Assembly: GCA_904063045.1 (NCBI GenBank)
Contig: CAJFCJ010000005.1
Span: 4,245,689-4,309,688, forward strand
Source of the DNA: Dimorphilus gyrociliatus
Lineage: Eukaryota > Animalia > Annelida
Length of the DNA: 64,000 nt
Direction of reading: 5' to 3'
Shown: piece after piece, positions 1-12,669 of the stretch
How positions within the stretch are numbered: the first letter of the stretch is position 1
How the letters are laid out: each line of letters starts with the position of its first letter
The notes under the pieces: generated by a model
Told to the model about the DNA's origin: nothing
Seen by the model: only the letters and a program-made list of their open reading frames with translations
Databases searched by the model: none
Program-made: the position numbers and the translations under genes

Positions 1-222
1 AAAAGAGGACAAGAAGGGATTAAAACAGTCCCTTTGGACAAAAGGAAAAAAACGTCCAGTATAAATTTGTATAATGATAACAATATTATAATTAGTTAAT
101 TAATATTTATTAAGCCAAAAAGAAACGAGAAAAAAACAAAAAAAAAGCTTAAATTTACATAAAAAAATAACAAGAAAGAAAGAAAGTTTACCAAAAATAA
201 TCCCAATTAAAAAAACACTTAG

Positions 223-476
223 ACGGAGAAACGATTATGATTCGAACTTGTTCCGTGGACGACGGCGATATAAATAGCGAAACCGAAATAGGTCGCGAAT
301 CACATTGCTCCGGAGTTGAGATGGTCAAGTTCAACAACAAACTTATGAACGGTTGCAGTTTATCTTGTAGAAATGTTGATGGGTGTAATGGCTCAGATTA
401 TTCTTTTCTTAATCACCAAGTTTTCCGTTTGATTGTGCCGTTCACTTTTCTCTTGCTCCTCTTCCTCTTTCACTGA
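223..476 (+). CDS. Terminal exon A of a Ly6/uPAR (three-finger, quiver/sleepless-like) GPI-anchored protein; 5' exons lie outside the window
   Basis: AG at 221-222, phase-1 entry (xAC GGA GAA ACG ATT ATG). Encodes IRTC..NSETEIGRESHC..GCSLSC..DGCN: five Cys ending in the LU-domain CN motif, then a hydrophobic GPI-type tail (LIVPFTFLLLLFLFH*). Confidence 0.8.
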
Positions 477-2250
477 TGTTGTCACTCTACAGATAAGAAA
501 TATTTCAAATAACAATAATTATATTCATTAATAATAATAATTATAACAATAATTATCGTTATATCAACAATAACCTCTATATGCGTCAAAACAATTAAGA
601 ATTATGAATAATCAAGAATATTATCGATTATAAATTTTCAACTTGTTTATTAGGCCTAATATTTTTAGACAAAAGATGATAGAGAGAGGTAGGTTAACTG
701 CAGGGACAGGGTATATACAATATGTATAGGTTATATGAGGAGATAGACGAATGTGTGAATGTGCAAGTGGAGGAAAAAGGAAAGTTACAGAAGGAGGGGA
801 ATGGGGTGGGGGAGAACAGTGATATAAAATAGATAGAAATTATTATATGTATGAGGGTATATACAGTTTACATGAGGGTGAACATATGAAAACGAATTAG
901 AAGAATGTGGATAAAGAGAGAGAGAGAGGGATATACCTATTAAAATATTACTTTAATCAATTTTTATATGCGTTATAGTGTATTGTATATAAATGTAAAC
1001 TGTTTATAGTTAAAAATCATCATAAAATCTATACAAAGCATAGCAGTATATAGTTGAATTTACTAATGTATATTGCACTTTAGTAATGCTGATTGTGCGT
1101 ATATTACCAAAAGCTCTAGATTCGTATAGTTGAATAATTAATAAGCACACAAGTTAATCGATATTTATTTTTTTCTCAATTATTTTTTATCAATATGTAA
1201 AGAGAAAAAATTTTCCTATAGTTTATATACAACTGGTATTATTATATTATATTATAAAGGGAAAAACAGTTGATATTAGGGAAGAGAGAGTGAAAGGAAG
1301 AAGGAAAATATAAATTGCGCTGGTTAGGGAAAAAATTAAGAGATGTATGATAAATAGAAAATGATTTCTTTCTACGTTTTAATCATATTGAAAAGGTATA
1401 CTATTACTAAAGTATGCGGTCGGTTTATTTCTTTGATGGAATCGATAAATTCTCCATCAGGAATCTTGGCACTCGAAACTGACACAAATCCTACGCTACT
1501 TTATATCTCTCCAGACTCCCTCTAACTATCCTGCTCCTAGTTCGTTCTTTGGATCGTTCATTAGTATGCTCGCTCGGTCTTTACATCTCCCTCTCTCACT
1601 TATTGGCTCACTCATAGATCCTCTAGTCCCTCATTACCCGTCTAAATGTTCATATGAAATTTGATTAATTAGCCGACTCCACCCTCCTCTAAATCTCTTA
1701 CTCGGTGCCGTCGTCGACCAATCTGATAAGACAAAAGTTTTTTACTAAACCATCGAGAGATTAATACGGCAGCTCTTTTCTCCCTTTTTTTTTCAAGCTT
1801 CATCCGCCCAAGCCTAGCCTAGCCATCAATCCATACATCCCTTCCTACTCTCACATTCCCTTACCCCTGTTTTTATACGTAGAGAACAGCACGGCTCATA
1901 GTCATGAATAATTTAATCGTTATAATTATAGTCCGTGCCGATTAACTTGCAACGCAAACGAAAAGATTTTTTTATTTGTTCAAGGAGTAAAAGTAAACAC
2001 GAGAATATCGCCGTTTCTTTGGCTTCCTGGTAGACCCATACGGCTTTTTCCACCTGCAATAACTTTATTCCGTTATAAATCAATTATTTACAACTGGTAT
2101 ATATACCTATAAAAGACTTGTTTTTTTTTCCTTTTTTCCCCCTCTTGTTCTCTTTTTTAATCATTTCCTTCTCTTCTTCGTCTTCTTCTTCCACAGTTTT
2201 TTTTTTTCATTTCTCTTTTATTTCATCATTTGTTTTTTTCTCTTTTGCAG

Positions 2251-2483
2251 ATAGCGGAAGAAAGATTCTAGTTCGCGCCTGCGTCGTTGATAATGGAGGT
2301 GTAAACTCTGAAACGGAAATAGGTCGGATAGATCATTGCGGTTTCCTCAATACGATTGAATACGACGATAAATCGGCTACGGGCTGTATACTGACTTGCG
2401 ACGACTACGACGGATGTAATTCGGCGCCAAAGTTTGCAATATCTTTTATCCTGCTCGCCATTCAGCTGATGCTTTTTACGTGA
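2251..2483 (+). CDS. Terminal exon B of a Ly6/uPAR (quiver-like) GPI-anchored protein, paralogous to exon A
   Basis: Long pyrimidine tract then TTTTGCAG (ends 2250), phase-1 entry. Encodes VRAC..NSETEIGRIDHC..GCILTC..DGCN plus hydrophobic tail (FAISFILLAIQLMLFT*). The F/S-rich N-terminus of ORF 2118..2483 is translated intron. Confidence 0.82.
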
Positions 2484-3504
2484 TTTCCCCGAGCGACCCT
2501 TAAAAGAGAACAACCACGTTCCTATTAGTAAAAATATAGCAAATGGCAACATTTCTCTCTCTCTCTCTCTCTCACTCCTTCCTTTGCTCTCTTACTTTTG
2601 CCTATTGCTCTCTTTTTGCTTATTGTTCACAATGAAATCTCTCAATACTCACTTTTAGCAAACCGATTATGATAACGAATTCTTAAAATTAAGAAAAAAT
2701 GTTCACTTGTCGTATGTATATTCAACTTATGTATATTCATTACATTTTTATGCAAATTAGAGAGGGTCAATTCCTTCCTATATTATTAAATTCGTCTGTG
2801 TATACAGTGCCATATATTTTCCTTCTCGTCAAAGACTGTTTACGAAAGGATGTTAATTGTTGACTGAAAGTAATTATCTCTCTAACATACACTATATACT
2901 GTATATGTTCCATATAAATGAAAAAAGGGAGAAAAGGAGTATGAATATTCATATTTCTTCGTTCATCATTCTTTTTCATAAAAATACAAGAAAAGAATTG
3001 AAAGAGTCTATGCTTTGAGCGATGATAAACTACTATAGCGTAAATAAGTGTAAATAGTTATTAAAACCCAGAATGAGACGAAGAAGAAGAAGAAATAATA
3101 GAAATCTCCATTTCAGGGAATCATGAATAACGAATATACTAATCAAGCAATGTGCACAGATACAAATTGTATTGTATTACTTTATATAATATGCAATGTA
3201 TTAATTTACTGCATAAGGATAAATAAATTTATTAGGATATTACAGTATCTAATACGTGCTTGTATAAGCATTTCTGCTCTTAAATATCCTAACAACACTC
3301 TTCTATATGTACATATGTTTATAAATATACATTTATATATCAAAATACTGTATATAGCATATATACAGGATATATATACTGTATTTATAAACATATAAAT
3401 AAAACATATGTACAGTTAATTCATATACTACAGTCAGGTACTTGAGCTTGTTCTATGTCATTGCAAACTTTGTCATTTCCGCTCATCCGTTCTACCTGAT
3501 TAGC

Positions 3505-3534
3505 GGGGGGAGGGGAGGGGGGAGGGGAGAGGGG
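3505..3534 (+). repeat. G-tract cluster with G-quadruplex potential
   Basis: GGGGGG-A-GGGG-A-GGGGGG-A-GGGG-AGA-GGGG read directly from the sequence. Confidence 0.6.
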
Positions 3535-6400
3535 AGAAAAGCACCTTCTTTACCTGTTTGCTGTAGGTTGATCTTAATTACGTATATACGTTCCAATACG
3601 ACTTCCTATTAAAACTTCTATGTGGTTTTTTCTCCCCTTTTCTTTATTATCTACTCTGTCTAAATGTTTCTCCCTCCCTGTATCCCTTCCTTCCTAATCT
3701 CCCCGCAAACTATCCTTATACTTTTCCGCAATTACCGTTCTTTCTTTTCACTACTGCCGTCATTCCTTTCTATACACCGACTACCTTTATCTATTTAACG
3801 TTTTCTCTACCGATTTCCGGCTCGGTAGAATAAACTCGAAATTAGGCAATTAAGTCTTACCGCAGCCGAGATTCTTTCTTTATCCGTTCTTCGAAGAAGA
3901 AGAAGCAGAAGAAGAGAAAAAGAATAGAATAATGAAATGAACGATAAGGGATCATCAAGTTGAGAGAGCGAATGATAGAGTCATATAAAACCAATCTTAC
4001 AGAATGTATATTTAAAGAATGTTGTTTAATAAATATTCTCTACCGGTAATAATAGATAAAAAAAAGAAGAGTTATAATACATTTGTGTTCTATGTATATT
4101 GTTTAGAGTATAGCTTAAGTAAATATACAAGTATCAACCAAGTTTGCAGTATATTCTATATTAATAGCATATACCGTGTATAAATATATCAAATATATGC
4201 GACCTTCTCTTCCCTAACTATATGTAATATACATATTTCTGTTCTGTATATATCTGAATATATAAATACGCACTGTGTTCATATATAATATATATACAAG
4301 AATATATTAATAAAGTCGTAGACACTTACCTAAGGTTTCGCCACAACTTAATAGCTGTTGGCTTATAATCAGCTTGAATAAATGCCTTCTTATCTTCATT
4401 TTCCTCTCTCAACTCCTGCCTCTGCCTCTCCCTCTCTCCGTAATGGTGGAGAGGGGATATAGGAAAAGAGGAAAAGTATGCCAAGAATTGACTAAAAGTT
4501 GTTTGTTCTCTTCTTTTATTCATTCTTCTTAATAAAATTCGATAAAGGTAAAAGAAACACAAATCGAAGAGATACAAATAGTAGAAAGGTAAGAGAAATG
4601 GACGCGAAAAATAGTAAAGCTTTCTAACGCGCACGTTGCGAGTCATCGAATTGCAAAAGGCCCCGAGAAACGCCTGACGCCAGCGCCGTCTATCTTTTCA
4701 TTTCTAATTCTATTGTTTCTCATTGAATATGGATATATATATATATATATATAAATTTATATATACAATACGTATAAGTGTGTGAAAAAGTAGATAATGT
4801 AAAAAATCCATCTATTTATAGCGTTTATACAGTCTATATATATATATATATACTGTATATGTTTATATACTATAGACTATACATGTAATATAACATAAAC
4901 ATCCAAGTGGATAGGTAAGAGAGAAAGAAAGAAAAAACACTAGTTATATGAAACGGAATATATTTATAGAGCTTATATAGCTTGTAATTTTTCATCCCGG
5001 TTCGATACAAAAAAGAGCGGTAAAGGAAATAGAAAGAAGGCCTATATAGTTACAGACGCTACAAACGATTTCCCTTTCCTTATAACTTGTATATATACAA
5101 TGTACATAAGTTTATACATAAAATTTTCTATATATAGATTTATTTATACATATTTAACTTTTCTTGTATGTGCTCTATTAGTGGAGGGAGGGAGGGAGGT
5201 ACCCCGACTAGTGGAAGAGGAAAACAGCGTCTGGGAAGGAGACCTCTTCTCGGGCAAGAAGTTTCAACTAACCCTCTTTGTAACGCAGTCAATATATTAA
5301 CTGCGCCGTGTACTAATACTTGTATATACAATATATAGTAAAAAACAACTGCTATGGAGAGTCTATAGCAGGTGTTTGTAAGAGAATTTGTCGTAGGCAC
5401 AATCCTTTTTAAATGCCAAACTTTTCCCACCGGAAAATTGATTTTGGAAAATGCATTAACGGGTTTATCAAGGCTCCCCCTAGTGGTATAGATAAGAGAA
5501 TAGTAGAGGGAAAAGGAAAAGGGGAAAAGGGGAAAAAAAGTTTATCTTTTTGAGAAAGAAAAAGAAAAAAAACTGTAACATAATCAATCACTTCAATATC
5601 GCATTGGGACACCCTACAGTTGGAAATATTCGATCGCGGACGGTGGTCAACGGCTCAGTATTGTCGGAAAACAGGCAAATGTCGCCTCTAGCAAATGTCA
5701 TCTATCTATTTTCCTTGTTCGATTGTTAGGGACGCATCTGTTGAATGAAACTTGATAGTTATGAATCTCGCTGCTTATCTCTGCTATAAGAAGCTGTTAA
5801 ATGACGCAATTTGTGGTATCTCGCCCATACGATCTACGGTACAGTTCAAGCGAGCGCTATATGTTTTGGTTCAATTAAGAGAATCAGGACTTCTGGCGCC
5901 TTCTGGTGCGGGTATACGGGGGCCACACATAGCTTTTTAGCAACTGGTTTAATGGAATTTTTTCAAAAGGAGAAGATGACTGATGAACGCAGATGCCGCT
6001 GAATTGTGCAATGGTTTTAAAAGAATTCCTAGGCGGTCGATGTAATTAATTATAATATACGTTATTTTCTTTTCCCTAACCTCATCGTAGCCCTATTTGT
6101 ATGGAATATAGAAATATAGCATGTTCAATATACTATTTACTATACACTATATGCAGTATATATACTTTATTTATACGGTTATAACCCTAAACCAACCTGA
6201 AATAGATTGCCATAAATCTTTGTCATGTAATTTACCAATAAACAGACTTGTACTTTATGAAAGTCGTTTAGGCGGAAAATGCAACTTGATTTCTCGTTCG
6301 TATCTGAACGGATGAAAGTCGCTTCTTAATGGATTTTGAAACGATCAACCTCCCATTTGAATCTATTGAGGCTTAGTCCCTTCTGACAAGTTATCGGGCG

Positions 6401-7177
6401 ATGGTATCGAATAACAGCTCGCCTTCTGTCATCAAAGGAAGGGGGTTCAAGAACAATTATACGCTCCACCCTCATGTTCAACGCAACAACCAATGGACGA
6501 ATCATAGGCGGGGCCGAAAGATGTTCAAACACCGATCTCAATACCCCCACAAGTCAAGTGGAGTAATGGAAGAAGAGAATAAGCCCAGGAAATTAAAAAC
6601 GCAAAAAACTTTTACAAAGTAAGCAAAGAGAGAGAGAGTGTGTGTGTGTGTGTGGGGCTGGGGAAGAGAGAATGAAAAGATTTTAGGTCTAATCGACCTA
6701 AATTTTTATTAACCTATTATTTTCCTACTTAGAGATAAAGATAAAGAATTGACTCGACTACGAGTAAACTTCCGCGAAAGAGAAAGGATGCACGATCTCA
6801 ACATGGCTTTGGAAAGTTTACGGCAAATTCTTCCTCAACCAACAACATCCCAAAGCGGTACTATTAAAAAATTATCCAAGATGGCGACGCTAATTACGGC
6901 CAGGAGTTATATACTGGCTTTAACTCGATCGATTGAGGAGACTAAGCGGATGATAGAAGAAGCTCAGAGAAAAAAATTACTATCAACTATTTATAAAACA
7001 TCGTCCACTCCCTATTGCTGTCGACTTTTATCCGGGCATTCGCTTCCGGCAACTTCAACAACAACGACACCGCCAAACACAACAACAATAGAAACAAGTA
7101 CAAAGGGATCAATGCAAAAAAAGAAAGAAAAGCATTGCTTTTGCGTAAGGTGTTTATCGGGAGATACTTGTAATTAA
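6401..7177 (+). CDS. Olig: Olig/Beta3-family bHLH transcription factor; exons 6401-6618 and 6733-7177, 220 aa
   Basis: Phase-2 GTAAGC..TTAG intron joins ORFs 6401 and 6749 in frame. bHLH RLRVNFRERERMHDLN..KKLSKMATLITARSYILAL; C-terminal CxCxxC (HCFCVRC) as seen in Olig proteins. Confidence 0.82.
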
Positions 7178-7530
7178 CTATGCGTCTTTATTATATGTAC
7201 AGATATACAGAATGTATATATGAGTATATATGTATTTAGACGCCGGTTAACGGTTTCAAATGCTATTTACTATATTCACGTACTGTACGTTGTAAAGTTT
7301 TATTATTATCTTCATAAATTGATATAACATTTATCAGAAATATGTTTATGTTATGAGAGAGAGAGAGAGACAGAGAGATGAGGTAAAGCATTAGTTGCGT
7401 GAGGTAAAAAAGTATCTACTCTTAGTCTACAATAGATATATTTGCCTTGTACAGAAACTAATTAAGTACCAATATCATACGCAATTTTACATATCCTATT
7501 TTTTTATAATCATTTTATTTAGAGATCATA

Positions 7531-7587
7531 GTGTGAGTGTGTGCGTGCGTGTGCATGTGTGTGTGTATGTGTGTGTGTGTGTGTGTG
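7531..7587. repeat. Imperfect (TG)n microsatellite
   Basis: Direct reading. Confidence 0.9.
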
Positions 7588-7894
7588 CTTCAATACTAAG
7601 ACATAAATATATATAGTATATAAAACCAGAGCGTCAGCAATAGAATAGTTAAAAAAAAACTATATATTGTATGCATTTACAACAAGTATGTATAAATGTG
7701 AATATTTCTTTTTTTAAGGTTATTAATCATAATGAAAAGCGAAACGAATAACATCAAAGTAAAAATTTGTTTTGTGTAAAGACGCAACACCTATAATGTA
7801 TTATATATTTTACTGTATAATCTATGCAACGGTTAACCGAGATGTATAATTCACACAGAAACAACTTTTATTCGTTTTTATTCATTCTCTCATT

Positions 7895-7897
<3 letters not shown>

Positions 7898-7932
<35 letters not shown>
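7898..7932. repeat. (TC)n microsatellite; one of dozens of (TC)/(AG) tracts in the window
   Basis: Direct reading. Confidence 0.95.
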
Positions 7933-7935
<3 letters not shown>

Positions 7936-8385
7936 CCACTTATTCTAATATACCAGCTTTCCCCATTTATTAATTCTAACGTGGAAAAAGTAGCTTATAC
8001 CGTTTTAAAAATTCATAAAATAATTACAATAGTTGTTATTCTTTCGCTTTTCTAATAATTTGTGTCAAAAAAAAAACAAAACACAAAAAGAGAAAGAACA
8101 GAAATGCTAAATTGAAAAAATTTCTTAATTACGTCTCTCTTTCTCCTAATTAAATAGTAATATATAAGGAATAAACAGTTTTCGATATCTTATCGTCCCC
8201 TTTAAATTAGGACGACCATATTGAATAGAATATTGGCATTTTCTAGAAGAGACGCATGCTAATCTAAAAGGAGAAGGTGAATAATTATCTTTTCCAATTA
8301 AGACATATACTGTTTATTTCTCTTATAGGAATCTCTTTGCCAAGCCTCTTGGCCTTTTGAATGCTTTAAGTTGCATTTGCTATAC

Positions 8386-8388
<3 letters not shown>

Positions 8389-8429
<41 letters not shown>
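8389..8429. repeat. (TC)n microsatellite
   Basis: Direct reading. Confidence 0.95.
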
Positions 8430-8431
<2 letters not shown>

Positions 8432-11372
8432 ACTGCCCGCCCTCATTCCTGTGTCCCTCCCTCCTCTTTTTTTTCTACGTCAAGACTCACCAGCAAAGAC
8501 TGCTAGTATTGATTATGTCATCAAGAATTTAACTATAGTGAGAAGATTATGGCTAAAGTAACTTTTCGAGAAGAATTTTTAAAAGAAGCCTTTGTTTCTT
8601 AAGCTCTTACCATCTTTTCTAGTTTTATCTTGAGGGATATCGCGAAAATCTTAATTTATATGGCAGATCTAATTTGGTAGTTAAGGCCGCAAAAATGTTT
8701 TCCTTCTCCATCTTATTTCTTTCTCTAGCTATCTCTTTTTCTTATACTTTCCCTATCTATCTCTCTTTCTCTACCCATTTTTCTTATTCACTCAACTGAT
8801 AAAGATAAGGGATTAAGACGCATTTACTAAATTCCTATATGTAAGAAGAAAAAGAATATAAGACTTCCTGGAAGATGTTATTGTATGGTTTTTAGACGCC
8901 CCTCGACCCTCCCACTTTGTCATTACTGACAGCCAGAATTTTTTTTCTACAGCGTAATGTCGGATCTGTCAAGTTTTGCTGTTATTTTTTGTCATTTTCA
9001 CTAACAAAAGCATATTGTTTAGTAATAAATTTGTAGTAGTATCAGAGGTGTGTTTTTTATGAGTATGACTGAGACGAGCAGTGAGCCATAAACAAACTTA
9101 ATACGAGCTACTGCTTTTATATATATATATATATATATATAGATATATAATTTACTTGAAGAACTGATTATTCCATTTTTACCTTTGCAATCTAGATTTT
9201 GGAATTACTGCCAATTAACTCGTAATTATTAATTAAAGGTATTTAAGGAATTTTTTTTTATCAATATTTGTATAATTTGCATTTGTGTCCATTATATTAA
9301 GAGTATTAAATTCACCTCATACACTGTATGTTAGTAGTATGTACAGCTTATATACAGATATATATATATATAAATACATTTATATACAGTTTATATTAAG
9401 GATTATACGGAAAATTAGCATACTTTCTATGTGTGAAACTAAGGTAAAATGAGAAACATAAATTGATATAGTAGACTATACCGCAGTATGGAACGTAATA
9501 GAAATATTTTTATATAAGCTACATGGGCATTGCATAAATATTGTTAATATTATCTATCAAAGGAACCTTATTTTTTTCCTTTATCAAGAGAAAATTGGAG
9601 AAAATTGTAAACGTTTGTTTGATAACTGGTAGTGTCAACCCTATTTCCTTTCGTCTTTTTATTTTCTTTTTCTTCCTTATTTTCTATTCTTTTCTATATT
9701 ACTCATTTAATTACGAGTTTAGGCACTTTTCATCTTTACTTTCCTTTCTTTTTTTTTTAAATCCCCCTTGGTCATTGAAAGTCTGCCTTTATTATATTCA
9801 ACTTTTCTTTCTTTATATATATTCTAATTAATTGGTGTGTAATATAGCTGTAGGGGCTGTCCGTTATCTATTACGATACAAAAAAGTATCTTGCCTTACA
9901 TTTTCTCTCTCTCTCTCTCTCTCCCTATCTCTCCATCTTACCTCCAGGCCTATGATAAAAAAAAAAAGAATATTTTTAGGTAGAAAAAATACGCAAAAGT
10001 TGCAAAATGATACAAACAATATTTTTATAAAGTCTTTTAATGAAAATATAATTAGTAAAGAATATCCTTTACTTCTTCTTTTGTAAATAGAAAGAGAAGA
10101 CTTTATTTTATCTTTTATTATTTATTATATTTGCATGAAATAAAAATTGAAAGATAAAAGTTAATTTGAAATTAAAGATTCTTTTTTTTCTCTCTCTCTC
10201 TCTCTTATTTATATATTGCTATTTTTTCTTTATACCTCTTTTTATTCTTGTTTCTCTTTTTGTTTTCATTTTCATACTTTTTGTGTCACGAACAAGTCAT
10301 GTGTTTTGGTGTGGTTGATTATTTGCGCATTTGTTGACATTTGCGTCCCAATATCATATGCTTCCCCTTTCCCCTCCCTCTTTCTCTCGTCTACATATTT
10401 ATGTCGACGGAATAAAATTATAGAAAGATAGACGAACGGAGAAAAGAAAGGGTAAAGAGTATTTAAAATTGTTCATTCGATATAGTCTCTATTCCTCTAG
10501 CATCTGTCAGAGTAAAAGGAAATATATATACAGTATACATATATATATATATATTGCAAAATTCACTCCATTTCAACGTCAACTTAAAAATTAGGTTAAG
10601 CAAAAATTGCAGTACACTCACCGTCCTATCAATTCGATAGCTTTTTACACGGCAATTTTTTCCTGATGCAGGAAATCTCTCGAGTTTTTCCTACTCATTT
10701 TCTTTCTCTCTCTCTCTCTCTCTCTCTCTCCCTTTCCGTTCCGTCAATTCATTTCCAATTTGTTGTACGTGAAAGTGTACGCAAAAATAAGAACAAGTTC
10801 CTGTAACAAAATGCCTTGTCAATTTAGAGCGTCCCTTTGTTTGCTAAGGCGCGAAGGCAGATGGTATTCATAATTAACTTCTTATCCTTTTTTTTGGATT
10901 TCCTCTTTATCAGGTGTCAGTTACTTTTGTAATGAATACTTGGAAAAGGCGTAAAGGGACGGCGAGAGAAAAAGAGACTAAAATAAGAGGATATATAGTT
11001 TGATAGCTTTCAATATACCGTATATACAGTATATATATATATATATACTATTATTACTTGTACATTTCATAACTGTCGGTATTTTAGATATGGAAGGAAT
11101 TTAACGACTAAAATTACTGCAGAAGATGCAGAAGATAATATAAATTATTAATAGTATATAATAAAAGGAAGAAAGAAAAATAAGTAAAGTTAATAAAAAT
11201 TCTATAGGAGCTTAATTTAAAATCTGTCATTCTGCAAATTGTTCCCTCCTGGTTGAAAAGTAATTTGTATATTCTGCAACGTACTGCATTGCCATACTCA
11301 ACTATATATTGCACTTTGCGTCATACTGAAACTATATACGGTGTTTAAGAATGTACGTATGCTGTGAAGAAA

Positions 11373-11411
<39 letters not shown>

Positions 11412-12669
11412 ATTCTATCCATTGTAGGTAAGGGAACAGGATTGAGAGTCAGTATGTTTTAAGGAAGTAACAAACCTAATTTTATTAAAGAAATTGAATT
11501 AATTATTGTGTTCATGTTTTTTTTCTTATGTAAATTGAAGCTTAAGTGGGAAGAGAGAAATAAAATAGAAGAACACGAATAAGGGCGAAAGAGAGAGAGA
11601 GAGAGAGAGGGGGGAGTGGGGGAATAGGAGGGAGTAAGGAAGGAAAGAGAAAGAGAAAAGGAAGAGAGACGGTTTAAATTGTCAATATCAAATACTTTTG
11701 TACAATTTTTCTCTCTTGTTCAGAATGGAAAAGCTATAATTGTACGAGCAGATGGCAATTAATTTATTATCTACAATAATAGAATAGTCAAGACAGCTAG
11801 CCATTCCTCTGTTTCTAACCACTTTATCCCTCCTTATTTTTATCTATTCTTCACTTCTGTTTCTGCTCTGTCTACTCCTCTCTACCTGCTTCCTTCTTTC
11901 TTCTCTCTCTCTCTCTGTCATTGACCCCTTACTTTAAATGAGAATCTAAATCCTTTTTTGTCCTAATGCTACAGAAAAAATTGAGTATGCCTTTTCTCTC
12001 CCCACCTTCCAATTAATTGATGTAAGGTTTAATCCTTTTTCGCTTCAGGAAAGCGAAAGAACGTTTTACAGGTCGAAAGGTTGTTTGTAATGCTTTTTAT
12101 TGATGAATCGGCCATATACAAACATGTTTTTTTTTTATTCTACCGGTTATTATGCGCTTGCTAAAGAGTTGGTGACGTAGTAAGTATTTGGTACAATTTA
12201 ATCTATTCGGTAAAAAGAGAGAGAGAGAGCGAACGTTAGTTATTCTACACTTTTACAGAATATAAAAGAATGAAAAGTATGTTATAGTAAAAGATTATTA
12301 TAGCTATTTAGAACTGTTTATCAGCTCCGTCTCTCTATCGCCACATTTCCCTCCTCCCTTTGCTTCCATTGTATACACGATTCATAATGAAAATATAATG
12401 TTTTGTTTGGTATTGGTAGGGTAAAAAAATATATACAGTATATGCTTGTATATTTTCATATAATACAAAAATAATGTATTTAGGTTTAAATAAAAATTGT
12501 ATTGCGAGTAAAAATCGATAAACCGTTTCACTCTAAACCAGCGCCATCGATCTAATTATGTAGGTGTGTGTTGGCCTACCTGTAATCACGTGATACTTCA
12601 CAGATGCCACGGAAACTGGGATAAAATTAATTCTAGTCGTTTTTTGCTACAATGTAATATTAAAAAATT

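Noticed and set aside
1459-1485. CTTGGCACTCG resembling the miR-96/182/263 seed
   Set aside because: The match stops after the seed and the flanks do not form a pre-miRNA hairpin.
3434-3499. Partial hairpin TCAGGTA..TGAGC / GCTCA..TACCTGA
   Set aside because: Asymmetric bulge and a ~33-nt loop; no known miRNA or snoRNA box motifs recognised.
2767-5612. Several 60-106 aa ORFs rich in I/Y/F/L in the ORF track
   Set aside because: They are translations of (AT)n and pyrimidine/purine tracts, with no domain, codon bias or splice context. The same applies to most short ORFs at 7395-11314, 44746-45995, 54793-56780 and 61910-63749.
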